DNA of 64,000 nucleotides from an uncultured Erythrobacter sp. (GTDB lineage: Bacteria > Pseudomonadota > Alphaproteobacteria > Sphingomonadales > Sphingomonadaceae), in NCBI GenBank assembly GCA_947499095.1, contig CANMMR010000006.1:186664-250663 (forward strand), written 5' to 3'. Positions within the stretch are counted from its first letter, which is position 1. Each line of letters starts with the position of its first letter. Below the pieces are notes generated by a model, which saw only the letters and a list, made by a program, of their open reading frames with translations, was not told where the DNA came from and made no database searches. Below are positions 57,973-64,000 of the stretch, piece by piece. A program made the position numbers and the translations under genes.

Positions 57973-57987
57973 TTAAGAAACCTTTGA
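57973..57987. promoter_or_regulatory. Putative CtrA box upstream of the CHASE2-EAL gene
   Basis: TTAA-GAAACCT-TTGA (one mismatch). Confidence 0.5.
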
Positions 57988-58197
57988 CGCGAGCCGCGGG
58001 TTTTCGCGTTCGGCGCGGAATCGTGCGGCACTGGGTGGTTAAGGCGCGCTTAGGATTTGTGTTGGCCGATCAGCTGCAAAACCGGCGGAGGGATCGTTCG
58101 GGTCGGAAAAAAGCTTATGATTTTTGAAGGTTGCAGGCTGCGGGCGTAGCCTACCTGATTTAGTAAATTGCCACTTTCGGTCGGTCTCCACGAAATT

Positions 58198-59571
58198 TTA
58201 TACGATCGTTCCGAACAAATCATGCGCGTCGCTATCTTCGATGAGGGCCGATACGATGGCGCCTGGCTTGAGCTCGGAAGACGCGTCTCGCAAGAAGACG
58301 GCACCGTCGATTTCGGGCGCATCGGCCTGACTGCGCCCAGTAGCCCCGATATCGCCGTCCTCGTCCGGCGCCCCGACTTCATCGATAATAACCGGGATCG
58401 TCTTGCCGACTTTGGCCTCGAGTTTCGCAGTGCTGATGCGCTCGGTCACTTCCATGACGCGGGCGAAGCGTTCTTCCTTGACCTCTTCGGGGAGGGGATC
58501 GGGCAGGGCATTCGCCTGCGCGCCCTCCACCGGTTCGAAGCGGAACGCGCCGACGCGGTCGAGCTGGGCCTCTTCCAGCCAGTCGAGCAGATAGCGGAAA
58601 TCGTCTTCGGTCTCGCCCGGGAAGCCGACGACGAAGCTGGAGCGGATGGCGATCTCGGGACAGATCTCCCGCCAGTTCTTCAGGCGTTCGAGCACCTTGG
58701 CTTCGTTGGCCGGGCGCTTCATCGATTTGAGCACCTTCGGACTGGCGTGCTGGAAGGGGATGTCGAGGTACGGTGTCAGCAGCCCCTCCGCCATCAGCGG
58801 GATGACTGCGTCGACATGGGGATAGGGATAGACGTAGTGCAGCCGCACCCATGGCGGCATGCCGCCACCGATGTCGAGCTGGCCGAGTTCGCGCGCGAGA
58901 TCGGTCATGTGCGCGCGCACTTCGCGGCCCTTCCAATTCCGGCTCTCGTGGCGCGTATCGACTCCATAGGCGCTGGTGTCCTGGCTGATGACCAGCAATT
59001 CTTTCGTTCCCGCCGCGACCAGCTTCTCCGCTTCGCGCAGCACCGCATCGATCCGGCGGCTGGCGAGCTTCCCGCGCAGGTCGGGGATGATGCAGAAGGC
59101 GCAGGAATGATTGCAGCCTTCGGAAATCTTGAGATAGCTGTAGTGTCGCGGCGTCAGTTTCACGTCCGGCTGCGGGATGAGGTCTATATACGGGCCTTGC
59201 GAGGGCGGTGCATGCTCGTGCACGGCCTCGACGACCGCCTCGTACTGGTGAGCGCCAGTCACCGCGAGCACGCTGGGATGCGCGGCGCGGATGGCGTCGG
59301 CCTCCTCGCCCATGCAGCCGGTCACGATCACGCGGCCATTCTCTGCAATCGCCTCGCCGATCGCTTGCAGGCTTTCTTCCTTGGCGCTGTCGAGAAAGCC
59401 GCAGGTGTTGACCAGCACGACATCCGCGCCGGCGTAGTCGGGGCTCATCGCATAGCCGTCGGCGCGCAAGCGCGTGAGGATGCGTTCGCTGTCGACCAAC
59501 GCCTTGGGGCAGCCGAGAGAGACCATACCGACCTTCTTCTGGTCGGGGATCGAGGTGGTGGAGGTGCTCAT
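58198..59571 (-). CDS. rimO: Ribosomal protein S12 methylthiotransferase RimO
   Basis: [17 protein letters not shown], radical [15 protein letters not shown] domain. Confidence 0.96.
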   Translation of the reverse strand: MSTSTTSIPDQKKVGMVSLGCPKALVDSERILTRLRADGYAMSPDYAGADVVLVNTCGFLDSAKEESLQAIGEAIAENGRVIVTGCMGEEADAIRAAHPSVLAVTGAHQYEAVVEAVHEHAPPSQGPYIDLIPQPDVKLTPRHYSYLKISEGCNHSCAFCIIPDLRGKLASRRIDAVLREAEKLVAAGTKELLVISQDTSAYGVDTRHESRNWKGREVRAHMTDLARELGQLDIGGGMPPWVRLHYVYPYPHVDAVIPLMAEGLLTPYLDIPFQHASPKVLKSMKRPANEAKVLERLKNWREICPEIAIRSSFVVGFPGETEDDFRYLLDWLEEAQLDRVGAFRFEPVEGAQANALPDPLPEEVKEERFARVMEVTERISTAKLEAKVGKTIPVIIDEVGAPDEDGDIGATGRSQADAPEIDGAVFLRDASSELKPGAIVSALIEDSDAHDLFGTIV

Positions 59572-59636
59572 GTACCGATGTCCGTGAATTTCGCGGCCCC
59601 CTACACGAATGGCACCGGCGGCGCTAGGAGGCTTGC

Positions 59637-60002
59637 ATGGGACCGGTAGACTGGAAGGCAGTGGCACTCGCGTGGCTGGTCGCAGCAGCGCTCGGCGTGG
59701 CATTCTACGGCAGGCGCGCGACGCCGCGCGGCAATCTGGTGCTGCATGCGGTGGCCGCCCTGCTTTTGCTGGCCAGCGCCACCATGCTTGGCCATATGTT
59801 CGCGCGCGTCGGCGAGACCACGCTGGCGGCCAAACCATGGCTCTATTTCATGATGGCAGGCGGGTTGGCGCTGACCTTCATCGGCCCGGCCCTGTTCATC
59901 ACTGCCGCCCGGCGAGAGGAGCCGATCGGCAAAGCGCTGTTCGACTGGGGCTACTGGCTGGCAGCCTATCTGGCGATGGGCGGGACTTTCTGGTTAGTCT
60001 GA
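59637..60002 (+). CDS. DUF1761-family small membrane protein
   Basis: [13 protein letters not shown]...FDWGYWL..YL pattern, 4 TMs. Confidence 0.7.
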   Translation: MGPVDWKAVALAWLVAAALGVAFYGRRATPRGNLVLHAVAALLLLASATMLGHMFARVGETTLAAKPWLYFMMAGGLALTFIGPALFITAARREEPIGKALFDWGYWLAAYLAMGGTFWLV

Positions 60003-61133
60003 GCCGACCGGGTAGGGCACTTGATCCTCGTGGTCATGTCCATCACCCTTGGTCGTGCCATTCGGCGTCGGAACGATCTCGACGACGATATCACCGGGTT
60101 GGAGGTTCTGGCATTCGTCTTCCCAGAACCCCAGAGCCTTGCCGTTGCGATAGACGCGCAGGCCCCGGCCGCCGGTGCGCAGTTCCGAAATCGCGCAGCC
60201 GCATTCCTCTTCGGTGATCTCGCGCTCGACCAGCTGGACCCGGCCGGAGACCGAAGCGAGGTCGGCGAGGTAATCGGCGATGTGCTCGCCCTTGGCGCTG
60301 CCGGCGAGCAGCAACCCGGTGAAACGCACTGGGTTGATGACATTGTTGGCGCCGGCCTGACGCGCCAGCGATTCATTGTCGTCGGCGCGGACGACGGCGC
60401 TGATCGGCACATTGGGTGCCAGCGCACGCACGGTCAGCGTGATAAGGATCGTGGTATCGTCACGCCCGGCGGATACCAGCACGTTCTGCGCCTGGTTGAT
60501 CCGCACTGCCTTCAGCGTGGTATCGCGTGTGGCGTCTGCCGCCATGATATTGCAGCCGAGCGCTTCGGCGTCTGCAAGCCGCTCCTCACTCGGGTCGATC
60601 ACGACGATGCAGCTCGGGTCCACACCGCGCTCGATCAGCTCGGCGACTGCTTCGGAGCCGGAGATGCCATAGCCCAGCACCACGATGTGGTCCGAAAGCT
60701 GTTCCTGGATGCGGGCCATGCGCCATTTCTCCCAGCTGCGCTTGATGATGAAATTATACGCCGTGCCGACGAAGATGAAGAACACGGCAAAGCGAATCGG
60801 CGTGACGATGACGGCCTCGACCAGTCGCGCCCGGTCCGAAATCGGCGCGATATCGCCGAAGCCGGTGGTAGTGATCGAGATCATGGTGAAATAGATCACA
60901 TCGAGGAAGCTGACCTCGCCGTCGAGATTGTCGACCAGCCCTTCGCGATCCCACCAGTGGATCATTACCACGATAAAGATCAGAAACAGGGCGAGGCCGA
61001 GACGGATGCCAAGATCGCCCCAAACCGGGATCTTCACCGCGCGGCGCAGCGGCTGGAATCGGGGGCCGCGAAAAACGCGTTGGGGTTCCTTTTGCGGAAC
61101 TACGGTATCGACCTGGCGATCCTTGCGGCTCAT
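59994..61133 (-). CDS. Potassium channel protein with RCK (TrkA-N) domain
   Basis: Pore helix YFTMISITTTGFGD; HIVVLGYGISG Rossmann motif. Confidence 0.9.
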   Translation of the reverse strand: MSRKDRQVDTVVPQKEPQRVFRGPRFQPLRRAVKIPVWGDLGIRLGLALFLIFIVVMIHWWDREGLVDNLDGEVSFLDVIYFTMISITTTGFGDIAPISDRARLVEAVIVTPIRFAVFFIFVGTAYNFIIKRSWEKWRMARIQEQLSDHIVVLGYGISGSEAVAELIERGVDPSCIVVIDPSEERLADAEALGCNIMAADATRDTTLKAVRINQAQNVLVSAGRDDTTILITLTVRALAPNVPISAVVRADDNESLARQAGANNVINPVRFTGLLLAGSAKGEHIADYLADLASVSGRVQLVEREITEEECGCAISELRTGGRGLRVYRNGKALGFWEDECQNLQPGDIVVEIVPTPNGTTKGDGHDHEDQVPYPVGSD

Positions 61134-61909
61134 CGCGCGCCTCGCCTGCCGATCAGCCGGGCCGGATCGACCGGCGTATTGTCCTTGAGAACGTCGAAAT
61201 GCAGCTCGGGCCGATTGGCCTCGCCGCCCTGTCCGGCGATGCCGATGCGCTCGCCCGCCTGCACGAAGTCGCCCAGCTTCACGGTGACGCGCGCAAGATG
61301 GCCATAGCGGGTGCGCCAGCCATTGCCGTGATCGAGCACCACGAGCGGGCCGAAGCGTCCGCTGTCTTCCTGCGCGTAAACGACTTTTCCGCTGGCAGAG
61401 GCGCGGACCATGTCGCCGGTCTTTACAGCATAGTCGATCCCTTCGTGGCCCTTGCCGTCGGCGGTGCGCTGGAAGCCGAGCAGTGCCGCGCCATCGTGCG
61501 GAGCACGGAAGAACGGGCGATCGCGGACAGGGGTGGGCGGGATCGGGCGGGTCGAGAAGGCCGGAATGATAAGCTTCTGGCCGACCCGGATGTTGTAGGG
61601 CGGCTCCAGTCCATTCGCCACGGCGATCAGGTCGAAGGGCACGCCGTAATCGATCGCGATGGCGAAGCCGGTCTCGCCGCGTTTTACGACGTGGCTGCGC
61701 TGCCGCGGGATGGACAGCACCTGGCCCACGCGAACGTCGTAGGGTTCGACCAGTCCATTCGCCGCCGCGATCACCGTTGCCGGGACCTCCGCGCGTTCGG
61801 CGATGCCGCTCAGCGTCTCGCCCTCTTTTACGGTATGCTCGGTCTCGGTCGCGGGATTGCCCGCTGCCATCAGCACGAACGCCGCAAGCGCGAGGGCGAG
61901 GCGCTTCAT
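61130..61909 (-). CDS. nlpD: LysM-containing M23 peptidase (NlpD-like)
   Basis: Two LysM repeats; HEGID; TRYGH; LHF. Confidence 0.85.
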   Translation of the reverse strand: MKRLALALAAFVLMAAGNPATETEHTVKEGETLSGIAERAEVPATVIAAANGLVEPYDVRVGQVLSIPRQRSHVVKRGETGFAIAIDYGVPFDLIAVANGLEPPYNIRVGQKLIIPAFSTRPIPPTPVRDRPFFRAPHDGAALLGFQRTADGKGHEGIDYAVKTGDMVRASASGKVVYAQEDSGRFGPLVVLDHGNGWRTRYGHLARVTVKLGDFVQAGERIGIAGQGGEANRPELHFDVLKDNTPVDPARLIGRRGAR

Positions 61910-62670
61910 CCCGCGTACCGCTCCGCCAGCGAACCGAGCGAGGAATGGTGGGTGAGGTCGAGCTGGAGCGGTGTCACCGACACATAACCTTCGTCGATCG
62001 CCTCCAGATCCGTCCCATGGTCGAGCGTATGCTCGATCGCTTCCAGTCCGAACCAGTAATACTTGAAACCGCGCGGGTCACGCCCTTCCACCACGGTGCC
62101 TCGCGAATAGTCGTGGAAACCCTGCCGCACGACGCGAATGCCCTTCACTTCGCTTGCGGGCAGCGGAGGGAAATTCACATTGACCAGTGTTCGCTTGGGC
62201 AGCGGCGTGTCGAGCAGCGGGGCAAGCACTTTCGCGCCCCATTCCACCGCCGCGCCGAAGGGCACATCATCGCCCGCGTTCTCCTTCGAGTAGACCTGAC
62301 TCAGCGCAATCGAGCGCACGCCCGCCAGCGCGCCTTCGATGGCGGCGGAGACGGTGCCGGAATAGGTGATGTCGTCGGCCAGGTTCGCGCCGCGGTTCAC
62401 GCCGGAGAGGATGACGTCGGGCGGACCATCCATCGCCTTGCGCAGGCCCATAGTGACCGAGTCCGTCGGTGTGCCTGTGACCGAAAAGCGCCGCTCGTCA
62501 TGCTGGCGCAGCCGCACCGGGCGCGTGAGGGTCAGGGCATGGCCCATGCCGGACTGCTCCTCGTCCGGCGCGCAGATCCAGATGTCGTCGCTGAACTGCC
62601 GCGCGATGCCTTCCAGCACCTCGAGGCCCTTGGCGCGGATGCCGTCGTCATTGGTCAGGAGGATGCGCAT
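61906..62670 (-). CDS. surE: 5'/3'-nucleotidase SurE
   Basis: [34 protein letters not shown]. Confidence 0.95.
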   Translation of the reverse strand: MRILLTNDDGIRAKGLEVLEGIARQFSDDIWICAPDEEQSGMGHALTLTRPVRLRQHDERRFSVTGTPTDSVTMGLRKAMDGPPDVILSGVNRGANLADDITYSGTVSAAIEGALAGVRSIALSQVYSKENAGDDVPFGAAVEWGAKVLAPLLDTPLPKRTLVNVNFPPLPASEVKGIRVVRQGFHDYSRGTVVEGRDPRGFKYYWFGLEAIEHTLDHGTDLEAIDEGYVSVTPLQLDLTHHSSLGSLAERYAG

Positions 62671-64000
62671 CAGTTCGTCGGCTCCAGCTTGGTGATGCCG
62701 CCCATGTAGCTGTGCAGCGCCTCCGGCACATCCACGCTGCCGTCGGCGCTCTGGTAATTCTCCATCACTGCCACCAGCGTGCGGCCTACGGCGAGGCCGG
62801 AGCCGTTGAGCGTGTGGACGAACTGCGTCTTTTTCTCGCCTTCGGAGCGATAACGCGCATTCATCCGCCGAGCCTGGAAATCGCCGGTGTTGGAGCAGGA
62901 GGAAATCTCGCGCCACGCACCCTGGCCGGGCAGCCAGACTTCGAGATCGAAAGTCTTGCGCGCGCCGAAGCCCATGTCCCCGGTGCACAGCAACATGCGG
63001 CGATAGGGCAGGTTCAGCGCTTCGAGCACACCCTCGGCGCATTTCGTCATGCGCTCGTGCTCGGCCTCGCTGTCTTCCGGGCGGCAGATGCTGACCAGCT
63101 CGACCTTCTCGAACTGGTGCTGGCGAATGAACCCGCGAGTATCGCGGCCCGCCGATCCGGCTTCGGAACGGAAACACAGCGTATGCGCGGTGAGGCGCAT
63201 CGGTTCGGCAAGGTCCGGCAAGATGTCGCCGGCGACCGAGTACGTGAGGGGCACTTCGGATGTGGGGACGAGCCAGCGGCGATACTGGGGATCAAATTGG
63301 GTCACGTCATCAAGACGCCCGACCAGTTCCATACCTCGGTCGGTATCACCATCCAGTGTGGCCATCCGCAAATCTTCGAGGATGTCATTCACTTCTGTGG
63401 TGGCTGACATTCGGGTCGAGAAACTATCCTCCGCAAACTTCGGCAGTTTGTCGGTGCCGTACATCGCGTCGTCGTTTACCAGCACCGGCGGATTGCATTC
63501 GGTGTAGCCGTTCTCGCGCGTTTGCCGGTCGAGCATGAACTGCGCCAGCGCGCGGTGGAGGCGGGCGATGTCGCCGCGCAGGAAGGTGAAGCGCGCGCCG
63601 GAGAGCTTGGCGCCGGTCTCGAACTCCATGCCGAGCGCCGGGCCAAGGTCGGCATGCTCCTTCGGCTCGAAATCGAACTCGCGCTTTTCACCCCACTGGT
63701 GGATTTCGACATTGTCGTCCTCGTCCGCGCCTTCCGGCACATCGTCGGCCGGAATGTTCGGCAGGATCGCAAGCAGCTGGTCGAGCTCTTCGCCCGCGGC
63801 CCGCTCGGCCTCCTCCCATTCGGGCATCGACGCCTTGATGTCGGCCACCTCGGCCTTCAGCGCTTCGGCCTTGTCCGTATCGCCCTGGCCCATCGCCCGG
63901 CCGATCGCCTTGGAGGCTTCGTTGCGGCGGCTTTGCGCCTGCTGGACCCTCGTCGTCGCCTCGCGCTTCTTGGCGTCGAGCGCGACGATCCGGTCGGCCA
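62670..64000 (-). CDS. serS: Seryl-tRNA synthetase (5' end beyond the window)
   Basis: [44 protein letters not shown]; the frame is open to the window edge. Confidence 0.96.
   Translation of the reverse strand, partial: ADRIVALDAKKREATTRVQQAQSRRNEASKAIGRAMGQGDTDKAEALKAEVADIKASMPEWEEAERAAGEELDQLLAILPNIPADDVPEGADEDDNVEIHQWGEKREFDFEPKEHADLGPALGMEFETGAKLSGARFTFLRGDIARLHRALAQFMLDRQTRENGYTECNPPVLVNDDAMYGTDKLPKFAEDSFSTRMSATTEVNDILEDLRMATLDGDTDRGMELVGRLDDVTQFDPQYRRWLVPTSEVPLTYSVAGDILPDLAEPMRLTAHTLCFRSEAGSAGRDTRGFIRQHQFEKVELVSICRPEDSEAEHERMTKCAEGVLEALNLPYRRMLLCTGDMGFGARKTFDLEVWLPGQGAWREISSCSNTGDFQARRMNARYRSEGEKKTQFVHTLNGSGLAVGRTLVAVMENYQSADGSVDVPEALHSYMGGITKLEPTN

Noticed and set aside
61906-63177. 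423-aa extended SurE
   Set aside because: The extension is an alternative frame of ser[11 protein letters not shown] at 62670 is the canonical start.
63240-63440. Intein or mobile element in serS
   Set aside because: Only about 40 aa, with no N-terminal Cys/Ser block, no C-terminal His-Asn and no flanking repeats.
1-64000. CRISPR arrays, rRNA/tRNA genes, IS/transposases, integrases, prophage genes
   Set aside because: I recognised no regularly spaced repeats, RNA-gene signatures or mobile-element protein motifs. A tRNAscan or Rfam search was not possible.

Overview
High-GC alphaproteobacterial chromosome segment. Gene content and order suggest Sphingomonadales, probably Erythrobacteraceae (inference). 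It is mostly core genes: a cheA-cheW-cheY-cheB-cheR-DGC/PDE-mcp-mcp chemotaxis operon, a TonB-dependent receptor, lipB, nadA, glpK, rcdA, ptsP-rodZ-cpoB-tilS, an Entner-Doudoroff operon (zwf-edd-glk-eda), rimO, a K+ channel, nlpD-surE-serS, and various transporters and hydrolases. I saw no rRNA, tRNA, CRISPR array, IS or phage genes. The most notable signals are five. (1) An NTQ-motif (chloride-pump type) microbial rhodopsin is coupled to a blh retinal-synthesis gene with a premature TAG, behind overlapping divergent EcfG-like promoters. (2) An unannotated 11-codon Trp/Phe-rich micro-ORF (MWNIWKWFFTG) has a perfect Shine-Dalgarno and its own terminator, directly downstream of a CHASE2-EAL c-di-GMP phosphodiesterase. 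(3) tilS appears to need a non-canonical ATT start. (4) There are several lesions: a Wzx/Wzy chimeric gene, an internally shortened DUF2254 paralogue, and a frameshifted small gene fused to a prolyl oligopeptidase. (5) SerRS carries a compositionally atypical insertion of about 35-40 aa. All family calls come from motif recognition by eye, not from database searches.
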